This document shows positions 29,741 to 39,730 of a stretch of DNA of 64,000 nucleotides, one piece after another. This DNA comes from Oceanispirochaeta sp. (lineage in GTDB: Bacteria; Spirochaetota; Spirochaetia; DSM-2461), in NCBI GenBank assembly GCA_963666275.2, contig CAXXOA010000001.1:2368001-2432000 (forward strand), written 5' to 3'. Both the position numbers and the translations under genes were made by a program. The notes below the pieces were generated by a model. The model was not told the DNA's origin and did no database searches. It was given only the letters and a program-made list of their open reading frames with translations. How positions within the stretch are numbered: position 1 is the stretch's first letter; each line of letters starts with the position of its first letter.

Positions 29741-30921
29741 AAGACGCAGCAGCGGCACTCAAGGGTATCACCATGCCGACCCACCTTATTAAAAGTCCCA
29801 TTTTCAGCAGGGAAACCGGGAATGATATCTATCTCAAACCGGAAAATCTGCAGTTGACCGGGGCTTTTAAGATCCGGGGTGCCTATTTCAAAATATCGAC
29901 CCTGTCAGAGGAACAGAAAAAGCAGGGACTGATAGCCTCCTCCGCCGGGAATCATGCTCAGGGTGTAGCCCTGGCAGCTCAGATGCTGGGGGTGAAAGCG
30001 ACCATCGTGATGCCCCGCAATACGCCTCTTATTAAAGTAGAGGCCACCAGGAACTACGGTGCCAGAGTCATCCTGGAAGGTGACTATTACGATGACGCCT
30101 ATCTCTATGCCAGGGAACTGGAAAAACAGGAAGACCTTGTCTTTATTCATCCCTTTGATGATGAAGAGGTTATGGCGGGTCAGGGAACCATCGGTCTTGA
30201 AATACTCGAGGAACTGGCCGATGTGGATACGATTGTGGTTCCCATCGGCGGCGGCGGTCTGATGGCAGGAATCGCAGTGGCTGTGAAATCCCTGAAACCG
30301 GATGTGAGGGTTGTGGGTGTGGAACCCGACGGTGCCATGGCTATGAGTGACTCTGTTTTCCGGAACAAAATACAAACTCTGGACAAGGTGGATACCATCG
30401 CCGACGGCGTGGCAGTCAGAACTCCCGGTGAAAAGACCTTCGGTGTGATAAAAGACCTTGTGGATGAAATCATCACGGTCAGTGATGCGGAACTGATGGA
30501 GTCCTTTCTTCTGCTGCTGGAGCGTCATAAGCTCATTGCCGAAAATTCCGGAGTCCTCTCTCTGGCAGCCCTTTACAAGCTGCGGGAAAAGGGAAAAAAG
30601 ATCGTCCCGGTTATCAGCGGAGGCAATATCGACGTTGTAACCATCTCTTCGATGATTGATACCGGTCTGGTTAAAAGGGGCAGAATCTTCTGCTTTTCCG
30701 CCGATATGCCCGATGAACCCGGTCAGCTTCTGAAAATATCACAGATTCTGGCTGAAGAAAATGCCAATATTATCAAACTGGATCACAACCAGTTCAAAAC
30801 TCTGGACAGGCTTAAAGAGGTTCAGCTCGAAGTCACAGTGGAAACCAACGGCCATGAGCATGTTAAAAACATTATCCGGGCGCTGGAAAAGGGCGGATAC
30901 TCTGTGGAAAGAATCTATTAA
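29716..30921 (+). CDS. ilvA: Threonine ammonia-lyase with C-terminal ACT domain
   Basis: TGAFKIRGA (PLP Lys), SAGNHAQG, GGGGL and SGGN motifs; ACT PDEPGQL. Confidence 0.93.
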   Translation: MGPTLERIKDAAAALKGITMPTHLIKSPIFSRETGNDIYLKPENLQLTGAFKIRGAYFKISTLSEEQKKQGLIASSAGNHAQGVALAAQMLGVKATIVMPRNTPLIKVEATRNYGARVILEGDYYDDAYLYARELEKQEDLVFIHPFDDEEVMAGQGTIGLEILEELADVDTIVVPIGGGGLMAGIAVAVKSLKPDVRVVGVEPDGAMAMSDSVFRNKIQTLDKVDTIADGVAVRTPGEKTFGVIKDLVDEIITVSDAELMESFLLLLERHKLIAENSGVLSLAALYKLREKGKKIVPVISGGNIDVVTISSMIDTGLVKRGRIFCFSADMPDEPGQLLKISQILAEENANIIKLDHNQFKTLDRLKEVQLEVTVETNGHEHVKNIIRALEKGGYSVERIY

Positions 30922-30929
30922 ACGGGTTT

Positions 30930-31379
30930 TTACGCCTCTCTGATCAGGTCCATCACAGCATCAGGATTCTCAGCAGCTTTCAGCTGACGGCAGAGATCTT
31001 CATTCCGGGCGATACCGGCGATCTGGGAGAGTGCCTGAATGTGCTGAGAGCTCTGCTCCGGACGGGATATGATCATAAAAAAGAGATGCGAATCCTGACC
31101 GTCCAGGGCTTCAAAATCCACCCCTCCGGGAGAGATGCCCAGAATTATGCACAGATCCTGTATCTGTTCTGTTTTGGCATGGGGTACGGCGATGCCTTTA
31201 TCCAGTCCGGTGCTTCCCAGACTCTCCCTCTCTACAAGAGCATTCAGAAGGGAGTCGGAATCGTTGATAATGCCCTTATTTTTAAGTACCGCCACCAGTT
31301 CCGAGAGCACCCCCTCTTTATCTCCTGATTCCAGAGGAACCTGAATGAGATTTCTGTCAAGTAAGTCCTGTAAAGCCAT
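30930..31379 (-). CDS. PTS EIIA (Fru/Ntr-type) protein
   Basis: RE..GSTG..GIAVPH and VDFEALDG motifs. Confidence 0.9.
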   Translation of the reverse strand: MALQDLLDRNLIQVPLESGDKEGVLSELVAVLKNKGIINDSDSLLNALVERESLGSTGLDKGIAVPHAKTEQIQDLCIILGISPGGVDFEALDGQDSHLFFMIISRPEQSSQHIQALSQIAGIARNEDLCRQLKAAENPDAVMDLIREA

Positions 31380-31397
31380 AAAATCCTCTTATTAAAT

Positions 31398-33266
31398 TCA
31401 ACCGATAATAGATGGTGACAGATACATGAAATCTGCTTTATTTTCTCCCACTTTAACATCATAGAGAAATGGTTCTTTCTGTTCTCCCAGAAAAAACTGG
31501 TCCCGGGGCACATCCTTTTCAATCACAAGGTCATCTACGGGCATAACCGCTTTCCTCCCCTGATGCTGCAGGATCAGGACATAGGGGGTCGAAAAACCGG
31601 TTCTCCGGCTGCTGATCATTCCCCGCAAGTTAAAAAGGGGCAGATAATCCGCTCCCACCTTATAGTAAAGCAGGTTATGCTCTTTCTGATGGATATCTCT
31701 GGAATCGGTCGGAAAAACTCCCCCTACATTCCTTTTGGGCAGGGCCATAAGACGCCCTTCCACCTGAAAGATCATCATGGGTATATAATCCCTCTCACCG
31801 GGGAGCGTCACCGTAAATACAGTTTCCTTTCCCGGTACAGTTTCAAGCGACAGAACCCCGCCCAGAGCATTTTCAATGTCGTGAGCAACCAGATCCAGGC
31901 CGATCCCTCTTCCGGACATCCTGTCTACCTGATCATTTGTGGAAAAACCCGGTTTTGTCAGGATCTGGAGGAGATTATTCTCCAGATCTGCGGCTATGCC
32001 CTTTTCACGGGCCTTCTTTTCCACCTCAGCCAGATCCACACCGCGTCCGTCATCCCCGAAAAGGATTCTGATTCCCTTACCGTCGTGAAAGGCATTGAGA
32101 GAAATGGTTCCCACAGGATTTTTTCCCGCGTCCATCCTTTCGGCGGGAGTTTCTATCCCATGACTCAGGGCGTTCCTGATAAGCTGAATAAGCACGCGGG
32201 AAACCAGTTCCAGACTCCGGATACTCAATCCGAACTGACCGCCCCGGAAATCCGTAGTGACCTGTTTTTCCATCCTTTCAGCCGAATCTTTCACAAATCT
32301 CTTGAGATTACTGTAGAGAGACGACAGGGGAATTAGAGAAACCGCATTGAGGTTCTGTTCCATCTCCCTGATAAGCCCCAGAAGAGGTTCCTTCTGATAG
32401 ATCCCCGGAGCCATGGGGAGGACAATCTCTTTCATCTCCATAAGACTCTCTTTCATCTTTGCCAGAGAGTCAGTTTCAAGCTCCACCTTGCTCATCACAG
32501 GTGCCAGAGCTTCCTGAACCATGATATCTGACTGGGCCACAGCCCCCCGGCCGCCGGGAGAACCGAAATGGGAGTAATCCATCTGAACCAGACTGGTCTG
32601 AAGGATTCCGTCCACATTGACCGCATCAAAAATGGGCAAATCCCCTTCCTGGCTTGTAAGAATGAAAGTCAGAGAGGAATAATCCTGATCTTCCCTGTCC
32701 GGTTCGGGATAGGTATAAACCACATTGGTCTTCAGTTCCAGATTACTCAGAACCAGAAAGGCCCTGACATAGGGAAGTCTTTCATCGGGATCCAGCTGAA
32801 CTGTCAGGCAGAAAAGGGAGTCCCCCCTCCGTTCGGCTTCCCAGAGAAGCTGCTTCTGAAAGGGGTTCAGCTCAATGACTTCATCCCCTCCGGCTCTTCC
32901 CGACAGGGAGATCTCGATGGGTTCATCGCTCTGATCCAGGTAAAAATCCTGCTGGGAGTCCTCAGAATTCCGCAGAAGAGACTCCAGTCTGGGCAGAGAA
33001 GCGGAAAGTTTTTCGGCCAGAGCGAAAAACTCCTTTGTCCCCCTTGTATTTTTCATCTGTTCAAAGAGAGATTCCATGGAATGGATATGGGTTTCCACAG
33101 GAATGAGCTGAAAAAAAGCCGCACCTGATTTCAATGAGTGGAGATGACGGAAAAGATCATCCATAACAGACTCTTCCGGTTCATCCTGACGACACATTGA
33201 GATCTGTTTTTTTAAATCCTGAATAAGAGGTCCCGCATCGGAAAGGAACTCTTTCAGATGGGTCAT
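31398..33266 (-). CDS. cheA: CheA-like histidine kinase (Hpt-P2-HATPase-CheW)
   Basis: FRHLHSLKSGA, QLIRNALSHG, DDGRG, GFST and SGRGIGL motifs; C-terminal CheW-like domain. Confidence 0.8.
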   Translation of the reverse strand: MTHLKEFLSDAGPLIQDLKKQISMCRQDEPEESVMDDLFRHLHSLKSGAAFFQLIPVETHIHSMESLFEQMKNTRGTKEFFALAEKLSASLPRLESLLRNSEDSQQDFYLDQSDEPIEISLSGRAGGDEVIELNPFQKQLLWEAERRGDSLFCLTVQLDPDERLPYVRAFLVLSNLELKTNVVYTYPEPDREDQDYSSLTFILTSQEGDLPIFDAVNVDGILQTSLVQMDYSHFGSPGGRGAVAQSDIMVQEALAPVMSKVELETDSLAKMKESLMEMKEIVLPMAPGIYQKEPLLGLIREMEQNLNAVSLIPLSSLYSNLKRFVKDSAERMEKQVTTDFRGGQFGLSIRSLELVSRVLIQLIRNALSHGIETPAERMDAGKNPVGTISLNAFHDGKGIRILFGDDGRGVDLAEVEKKAREKGIAADLENNLLQILTKPGFSTNDQVDRMSGRGIGLDLVAHDIENALGGVLSLETVPGKETVFTVTLPGERDYIPMMIFQVEGRLMALPKRNVGGVFPTDSRDIHQKEHNLLYYKVGADYLPLFNLRGMISSRRTGFSTPYVLILQHQGRKAVMPVDDLVIEKDVPRDQFFLGEQKEPFLYDVKVGENKADFMYLSPSIIG

Positions 33267-33793
33267 CGCTCACCGCCTTCTGTCTGAAGAGAGATAATAA
33301 GATCCACTTCGGCAATGGAAGCCTGCAGTTTCTGGGATATGATATCTGCCGAAAATCCCTGACCGTAGAGTTCCATGACCCGGTCTTTGAGGCTTTTCTT
33401 TTTCTCTTCTTTTTCATGGTTCAGCTCTTCATCGGCCAATGTGAGCTGGAGAGTGGACTTTTCCTGGGGAGGTTCCGGAGGAGTGACCAGAGTATTTTTT
33501 TTCAGATGCGTATAGACCTGACGGGAAAGATCGGATTTCTCCTGTTCTTTCTGAAGGAGCATAAGCTTTCTGTCAGCTTCTCCCAGAAGGGATTCCAGAG
33601 CCTTAATCCTGTCTTCCAGGAGGGCGACATTCCTTTCGGCCGTCTGATTCATTTCCAGAACCAGCTGATCTATTTCATCCCGTATGCTGCTGACCCACTG
33701 CTCGCTGGACAAGGCCTTGTCAATTCTTTTTTTTAAAAAGTAGAATCCCCCCGCAATTGCCAGAAGGGCCAGCGCCAGAATAACACCAATCAT
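33263..33793 (-). CDS. Hypothetical membrane-anchored coiled-coil protein with C-terminal HTH-like segment
   Basis: N-terminal TM, coiled coil, LYGQGFS..IISQKL...EVDLI. Confidence 0.75.
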   Translation of the reverse strand: MIGVILALALLAIAGGFYFLKKRIDKALSSEQWVSSIRDEIDQLVLEMNQTAERNVALLEDRIKALESLLGEADRKLMLLQKEQEKSDLSRQVYTHLKKNTLVTPPEPPQEKSTLQLTLADEELNHEKEEKKKSLKDRVMELYGQGFSADIISQKLQASIAEVDLIISLQTEGGER

Positions 33794-33808
33794 ATATCTC
33801 CCTGAAGC

Positions 33809-34135
33809 TTATCCGGATATATCAATATGATTTCCCATTTCAGGGTCCCGGACTACCTGCTGCTTTTTTTTCTCTTCCTCTTTCTTTTCCGCCGAAGCCT
33901 GCTGCCTGTTTTCTTCCTGCTTTTCTTGGCCCGGTTCTTTCTCTTCGACCTTTCCGGATTCGCGATCCTCTTTTGTCGCATTGACCGAACTGTCCTGAAG
34001 AAGTTGCTGCTCCACCAGTTTCCTGGCTTCTTCATTCTGCTGAAGAGCAGAAGCCTGCTGATTGTGAGATTGCTCTTTGCTGACCTCGTTCAATCTGACA
34101 AACATGGTTTGCAGATCCAGAGGTTTAATAGACAT
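33809..34135 (-). CDS. Hypothetical flagellar-operon protein
   Basis: MSIKPLDLQ start after GGAGG; C-terminal DPEMGNHIDIS. Confidence 0.75.
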   Translation of the reverse strand: MSIKPLDLQTMFVRLNEVSKEQSHNQQASALQQNEEARKLVEQQLLQDSSVNATKEDRESGKVEEKEPGQEKQEENRQQASAEKKEEEKKKQQVVRDPEMGNHIDISG

Positions 34136-34165
34136 ACGCACCTCCCGGAGCAAAGACCAAGAGTC

Positions 34166-36124
34166 TTAATCCCGCCTCTGCAGCGCTTCCTCCTCGATGT
34201 CCTCATACTTGTCGGTTGTAATAAAACCGTCTTTCAGGACAAAGGTCACAGGATAATCGTAGGGGTTGGTAACCTCATACTCATCATCCTTTATATATAT
34301 TTTAACACCACTATTCACATTACTGGAGGCGGAAATTTTCCCCTGAAGCTGAAGGACCGAAATATACTCCCTTTTCTGCTCCAGAGACTCTTTAACCTTC
34401 TCCATTTCATCCACAAGGTCATTATGCCGCGATCTCAGCTCCTGAAAGAGCTTCTCTTTTTCGGCACTGAGCTTCTTCTTGGCCCGTTTCTGCTTCATCA
34501 GCCCCTGAAGATTCCTGTCAATGTCGTTCTGTTCGCGGTCCAGTTCCACCTGCAGCTTTTCAAGTTCGTCCAGTTCCTCTTTGGCTTTGGGATCATAACC
34601 GACTCTGAGAATCGTTTCGGCGCCCCCCTTGGATCCCAGGGTGGCGGCATTGATCTCTTCTGCCGCTTTGAGTTCTCCCCCCACGATCCGGGCTCTCTTT
34701 CCTTTACAGAGGATTTTGGAGGAGGCATCCACATGAGCATGAACGATTCCATCACTCACAATGACATTTTCTCCCGCTTCGGCATTGGCATTGTTGATAA
34801 AACTGGACCAGATGGACCGGCCAGCCGAGATATGACCGAACTCCCCTTCTCCGCCGTTGATACCCCGTTTCACAACGATATCACCGCCTGCCGTAAGATT
34901 GGACTTACCGACAAAACCGTTCACTTCGATATTACCCTGGGCGGAAACGGTATACCCGTCCTCCACATTTCCCTTGATAATAACTGTCCCCAGTCCGTTC
35001 ACATTTCCCGTTGCCGCATTAACATCACCGGGAATGACAAGAACTGTTTCGACTGTAATCTTGCCCTTCAGAAGAAGGACCTGCCCACTGGCCGAGGCGA
35101 TGACAGTCTTACCGTTATCAGTTATGGAAACATTCTTTCCCAGTCCGATCTGAATATCAGATCCGTCTTTGGCAGGGATATATTTACCGTAAACGGTTCT
35201 TCCGTCTTTACCGGCCTCAGGGGGTATTTTTCTGGCAAGGGGCTGTCCTTTCACCACATTCTGTATAAGGTTCAGCTCTTTGAAATCCACGGTTCCGTCG
35301 CTTTTCTGTTTGAGCTTCACCTGAGAGGGATCCACTTCGAACAGATAGGAGATCGAGGCATTCCGGCCGTTCACAGCCTGTTCTCCCCGGGCGATCAGAT
35401 AGGGTTGATTATACACAGGATGATCCTCGAACTGTATAAGGGCATCTTCCAGTATTCCGAAAACTACATTGTTATTTCTCAGGAAGGATGTAATATCCGA
35501 GGATGTGAGATCCGCTCCTCCGGGACCGGGTTCCGCCACATTGATATATGCTTCCATTTCATCCTGGGAAACTTCCACTGTGGGTCGGGCATCGTTAACA
35601 GGATTGTAGATATAGTCGCCCACTTTGACATACACGCTGTCCGCTTTTTCAATGGTCGTTTTGATCTTCTCTTCATCGGGATCTCCGATCTGTCTCCTGG
35701 CCAGCTCAAACATGACCTGATCCATACTCACGGCCTGTCCGTTCTCCCCGGGAGGCGTGACTTTCAGATAGGCACCGTCATTGGCTAGACGGACGGAAAA
35801 GTCTCCGTCAACAATGATTTTCTCTTCTTCAACGCCCTCTTCTTCAAAGTCTTCAAAGACATCTTCCCCATCGACCCGTGAAACAGTTCGTCTCTCCATT
35901 TCATAGACCATAAGGGTGAAGTCTTTTCTGCCGACTCCGATGAAACCGCGCTTTCCTCTCTCCAGAGTCTCGTATTCAAGACGCCTGACAGGAACACCGA
36001 TTTCTATAGCCGCCTGGCTGAGAGCTTCTTCTATTGTTCTACCAGTCACTTCAACAGACTTGCGTTCTCTGTCTTTCAAAGACATTTCCCGCATGGTCTC
36101 CTGAAACTGATCCTGGTCAATCAT
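34166..36124 (-). CDS. FapA/DUF342 family protein with N-terminal Jag_N-like domain
   Basis: VDFKELN, GKDGRTVYG and beta-helix GNV repeats; N-terminal GRTIEEAL...GFIGVG. Confidence 0.85.
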   Translation of the reverse strand: MIDQDQFQETMREMSLKDRERKSVEVTGRTIEEALSQAAIEIGVPVRRLEYETLERGKRGFIGVGRKDFTLMVYEMERRTVSRVDGEDVFEDFEEEGVEEEKIIVDGDFSVRLANDGAYLKVTPPGENGQAVSMDQVMFELARRQIGDPDEEKIKTTIEKADSVYVKVGDYIYNPVNDARPTVEVSQDEMEAYINVAEPGPGGADLTSSDITSFLRNNNVVFGILEDALIQFEDHPVYNQPYLIARGEQAVNGRNASISYLFEVDPSQVKLKQKSDGTVDFKELNLIQNVVKGQPLARKIPPEAGKDGRTVYGKYIPAKDGSDIQIGLGKNVSITDNGKTVIASASGQVLLLKGKITVETVLVIPGDVNAATGNVNGLGTVIIKGNVEDGYTVSAQGNIEVNGFVGKSNLTAGGDIVVKRGINGGEGEFGHISAGRSIWSSFINNANAEAGENVIVSDGIVHAHVDASSKILCKGKRARIVGGELKAAEEINAATLGSKGGAETILRVGYDPKAKEELDELEKLQVELDREQNDIDRNLQGLMKQKRAKKKLSAEKEKLFQELRSRHNDLVDEMEKVKESLEQKREYISVLQLQGKISASSNVNSGVKIYIKDDEYEVTNPYDYPVTFVLKDGFITTDKYEDIEEEALQRRD

Positions 36125-36125
36125 G

Positions 36126-36914
36126 TTACATGATTCCTTTTTTCATATTCGTCAGTTTTGATCTCAGACGCATAATCGCCTTTGTATGCAGCTGGGAGAT
36201 CCTTGACTCGGTTACTTCCAGAACTTTTCCGATCTCTTTCAGAGTCAGATCTTCGTAGTAGTAAAGCACAAGGACTTTCTGCTCTTTTTCAGGAAGCTCA
36301 TGGATCGCTTCGGCAATAACTCTCTTGATTTCATCCTTTTCCGCGATGGTTTCCGGCTGCAGGCTCGTGGGAGATTCAATGCTGTCCTGAATGGAGACTT
36401 TGTCGTTTTCATCGCCCGCATACCAGACATCGTTCAGAGAAAGGATAGAGGTTCCTCTGACCTTCAGGATCATCTGATTGTACTGTTCGGTCGACATATT
36501 CATGGCTCCCGCTACTTCCTGATCGGTCACAGCCCTTCCCAGACTGGATTCCAGATGCTGTATGGTATCTTCTATCTCCCTTGTTTTCTGCCTTACCGAA
36601 CGGGGAACCCAGTCTATCGAGCGGAGTTCATCAAAAATGGCACCACGGATTCTGGTGACCGCATATGTTTTAAATTTGACATGCTTTTCAGGGTCAAATT
36701 TTTCAATGGCATCAAAAAGACCGAAAACTCCGAATCCCACAAGATCATCAAAGTCCACGCTCTGAGGCATGCCGACAGAGATTTTTCCGGCAACGTATTT
36801 AACCAGGGGAGCATATTGTCTGATTAAAGTATCGCGAATTTTCTGGTCGTGAGTTTTCCTGTACTCAATCCATAATTCTTCTTCTGTTAATTTTTCCATC
36901 ACTTCCTCAGACAT
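36126..36914 (-). CDS. fliA: RNA polymerase sigma-28 (FliA/WhiG)
   Basis: [21 protein letters not shown] and [17 protein letters not shown] motifs. Confidence 0.95.
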   Translation of the reverse strand: MSEEVMEKLTEEELWIEYRKTHDQKIRDTLIRQYAPLVKYVAGKISVGMPQSVDFDDLVGFGVFGLFDAIEKFDPEKHVKFKTYAVTRIRGAIFDELRSIDWVPRSVRQKTREIEDTIQHLESSLGRAVTDQEVAGAMNMSTEQYNQMILKVRGTSILSLNDVWYAGDENDKVSIQDSIESPTSLQPETIAEKDEIKRVIAEAIHELPEKEQKVLVLYYYEDLTLKEIGKVLEVTESRISQLHTKAIMRLRSKLTNMKKGIM

Positions 36915-36927
36915 TTACGACCACTTC

Positions 36928-37593
36928 CTATTTCTGCTGATCTCTGCTTAACACAGTTTTAACGGCTTTGGCAATCTCTTCGGGATCGCTGTTATCCGCC
37001 ATTCCCGATCCCCTCTGAGAGGATCTCATTGAAACTTCCGGTTCCGATGGCGTTTCCACATCCATATCATCCGGGTCATCTGAACGTCCTGCTGAAGAGG
37101 ATCCGAAATCCAGATTATCAAGACTCGGAAGAACATCGACTGAAGCTCCTCCTCCCTGAATCGTCACAGTATCCATTGCAGATTCTTCCAGTTTACTATT
37201 ATGCACATTTCCGTCGGATTCTGCAATTTGATTCTCTCCATCCTCAAGCTCATCCAGCTGCTCCGGCTGGCCGGCAAAAGAAGCTCCCCCGGGATTATCA
37301 CTGTCATCATCCAGAACAATATTGACCCGGGATCCGGCCTGATCGGAAGATGCCTGGTCTGAATCGTTTTTAGAGGGGGATTCGCTCCCGTCGGATATCA
37401 GCAGCTCCGGTAGATAGGTTTTCACAGCCCAGGCCGATCCCATGACAAAAACAAAGGTCACTGCGGCTGTGATGAGGGCTCTGAAAAGAACCACCCCGGC
37501 GGAAACACCGCTGAGAAGTCCAATCAGAACAGACAGAATAAGCGCTCCGCCTGTCAGGGATGCTGGAATTATGATATTACGTCCGGCTTTCAA
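36928..37593 (-). CDS. Hypothetical membrane protein with acidic disordered tail
   Basis: Two N-terminal TMs; C-terminal DPEEIAKAVKTVL; TTG start. Confidence 0.72.
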   Translation of the reverse strand: MKAGRNIIIPASLTGGALILSVLIGLLSGVSAGVVLFRALITAAVTFVFVMGSAWAVKTYLPELLISDGSESPSKNDSDQASSDQAGSRVNIVLDDDSDNPGGASFAGQPEQLDELEDGENQIAESDGNVHNSKLEESAMDTVTIQGGGASVDVLPSLDNLDFGSSSAGRSDDPDDMDVETPSEPEVSMRSSQRGSGMADNSDPEEIAKAVKTVLSRDQQK

Positions 37594-37617
37594 TAGAACA
37601 ATTCCCTCCCTCTTATA

Positions 37618-37646
37618 AAATTAGAAGAAAAATTTCTTCCCGTCAA
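37618..37646 (-). promoter_or_regulatory. Internal sigma70 promoter upstream of the hypothetical-fliA segment
   Basis: TTGACG-17-TAATTT; the spacer is a palindrome. Confidence 0.55.
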
Positions 37647-37647
37647 C

Positions 37648-38535
37648 CTATTCCATCCGCCGCATAAGACGTTTAATGAACTGGGAGACCCCTTTCCCCT
37701 CTTTAAACTCGACATTTTCAAGGCGTCCCACGATGTGCTGGATACAGGTGGAAGCCTGCCCTTTCGGATCAGCCACCATGAAAGGGAGCTGCTTTCTCAC
37801 CGCTGTGGGAACGGCAGCATCATCATAGACGAATCCCAGATAGTCCACTTTGAGATTGAGGAACTGGGCGGCAATGCTGATAACCTTGTGGGCCACTTTT
37901 TTGGCTTCCGTAACGCTGGCTACCCGGTTGACAATCAGTTTCATACTCAGATCCAGATTATCTATTTCGGTGGAAATGATTTTAATGATCCCGTAGGCAT
38001 CGGTTATGGAGGTCGGTTCGGGAGTCGTAACAATCAGAACTTCATCGGCAGCTTCTACAAAAGAGAGAACATTATGACTCACACCGGCGCTTGTATCGAT
38101 GATTATGATGTCCGCAGCGGAAAGTTCGGAAAGCTCGGCAATAAAATTGTTTCTTTCGTCATCTGTCAGGTTCGCTACCCGGGAGAATCCGGAGGCCCCG
38201 GCCACGATCTGAATGCCGTAATTGGTATCCAGAATGACTTCCTTCATTGTTTTCTGCTTTCTGATAACATGATAAAGGTTGAATTTGGGAATAACTCCCA
38301 AAACGACATTTACATTTGCCAGGCCCAGGTCAGCATCCAGGACAATGACCTTTTTACCCAGTTTGGCATATCCCAGAGCCAGGTTTATAGAGACATTTGT
38401 TTTCCCTACGCCCCCTTTTCCGCTTGCCACGGTAATAATGCGGGTTTTATGCTCTGCATTAACCGAGGGTTCTCCAGAGCCGGCACCGTTTTTCTTTTTC
38501 ATCATCTCCCGCAAGAGTTCTGCTTGATCCTGCAT
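37648..38535 (-). CDS. flhG: FlhG/FleN MinD-like ATPase
   Basis: DQAE.LR, SGKGGVGKT and DADLGLAN motifs; follows flhF. Confidence 0.92.
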   Translation of the reverse strand: MQDQAELLREMMKKKNGAGSGEPSVNAEHKTRIITVASGKGGVGKTNVSINLALGYAKLGKKVIVLDADLGLANVNVVLGVIPKFNLYHVIRKQKTMKEVILDTNYGIQIVAGASGFSRVANLTDDERNNFIAELSELSAADIIIIDTSAGVSHNVLSFVEAADEVLIVTTPEPTSITDAYGIIKIISTEIDNLDLSMKLIVNRVASVTEAKKVAHKVISIAAQFLNLKVDYLGFVYDDAAVPTAVRKQLPFMVADPKGQASTCIQHIVGRLENVEFKEGKGVSQFIKRLMRRME

Positions 38536-38539
38536 CCTA

Positions 38540-39718
38540 TCAGCTCCACACCTTTGTATATTTCTTTTCCAGTTTTTCTATTATCTGTTCTTTATCGCAT
38601 CCGAATCCCACCAGATATTCCAGAAGCTTTCCTCTCACGTCCCTTGTGATGTCCTGAGGAACGCCCTGTCCGTCGGTCAGAAAGGAGAGAGGTTTCTTTT
38701 TTTCCGCAAGGATACTGATCAGGTTCCCCACCCGTGTTGTTTCATCCAGTTTTGTCAGGATGACGGATTTGTAGTGGAAAGGCTCGAACTGATCCAGGAT
38801 TTCCCTTATATCCTTGTCTTTGGTGGTTGCAGAAATGGCGAGATGAATCTCACTGCCTTCGCCGCAGGCTTCCACAATGGTGCGCATTTCGGCAAGTTTC
38901 ATAAAATCCCTCGGACTTTTACCGATGGTATCCACCAGGATAAGGTCCTGGTCCCTGTTCAGATCAATCTTCTCTTTCAGGTCCTGAAAGGATTCGGCCG
39001 TAAAGACAGGAATCCCCATAATGTCCCCGTAGGTTTCAATCTGGGTGCGGGCACCGATTCTGTAGTTGTCTATGGTGATCATGCATACAGAGAGGGACTG
39101 GGCTCCTGAGGTAATGCCGTTGATGGCGGCCAGTTTGGCTATGGTGGTGGTTTTTCCGACTCCCGTGGGACCCACCAGAACAAACACCCGGGGGGACGGC
39201 ATGGGGGTCTCATGCTGGAACTGAATGGATTCCCCGATCCACTCCATAACGGCTTCTTCAAGCAGGCTGAACTGTTCCAGATCTTCCAGAGAAAACTCTC
39301 TTTTGAGCCTGTTGATCATGTCCTCTGTATATTCGGTGGAAAAATCGTTTTCCAGAAGTAAAGCCCGGATCTGTTCCAGAGAAGGGTGCAGTTCCCGGAC
39401 TTCACTCCGGTTCATGCCCTGGTTCATGTGATTCTTCAGTTCCTGGACCTCTTTCAGAACCTGATCGATGGTTCCGCTTTTCTGGGTCATGGAAAGGATC
39501 TCTTTTTTATTCTGCTCATCCTGAATCTTTCTGTTTGCTGCAGGGGTATCGGTAATATAGCCTGTGTATTCCACGCCATCTTTTGTAAACAGTCCCAGAA
39601 AACCGCCTATCCGCACGTTTTTATAGAACATGATTTTTGCTCTGTCACCGTATTTCATGCGGATTCTCGTCACAACTTCTTTATGACTTGTACCGGTTTC
39701 CGTAAAATGTTGTTCCAT
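38540..39718 (-). CDS. flhF: Flagellar GTPase FlhF
   Basis: [21 protein letters not shown] and TKLDET motifs. Confidence 0.93.
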   Translation of the reverse strand: MEQHFTETGTSHKEVVTRIRMKYGDRAKIMFYKNVRIGGFLGLFTKDGVEYTGYITDTPAANRKIQDEQNKKEILSMTQKSGTIDQVLKEVQELKNHMNQGMNRSEVRELHPSLEQIRALLLENDFSTEYTEDMINRLKREFSLEDLEQFSLLEEAVMEWIGESIQFQHETPMPSPRVFVLVGPTGVGKTTTIAKLAAINGITSGAQSLSVCMITIDNYRIGARTQIETYGDIMGIPVFTAESFQDLKEKIDLNRDQDLILVDTIGKSPRDFMKLAEMRTIVEACGEGSEIHLAISATTKDKDIREILDQFEPFHYKSVILTKLDETTRVGNLISILAEKKKPLSFLTDGQGVPQDITRDVRGKLLEYLVGFGCDKEQIIEKLEKKYTKVWS

Positions 39719-39730
39719 ACCTTACCTTTT

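Noticed and set aside
33827..35788. 653-aa plus-strand ORF
   Set aside because: Antisense shadow of fapA with no motifs.
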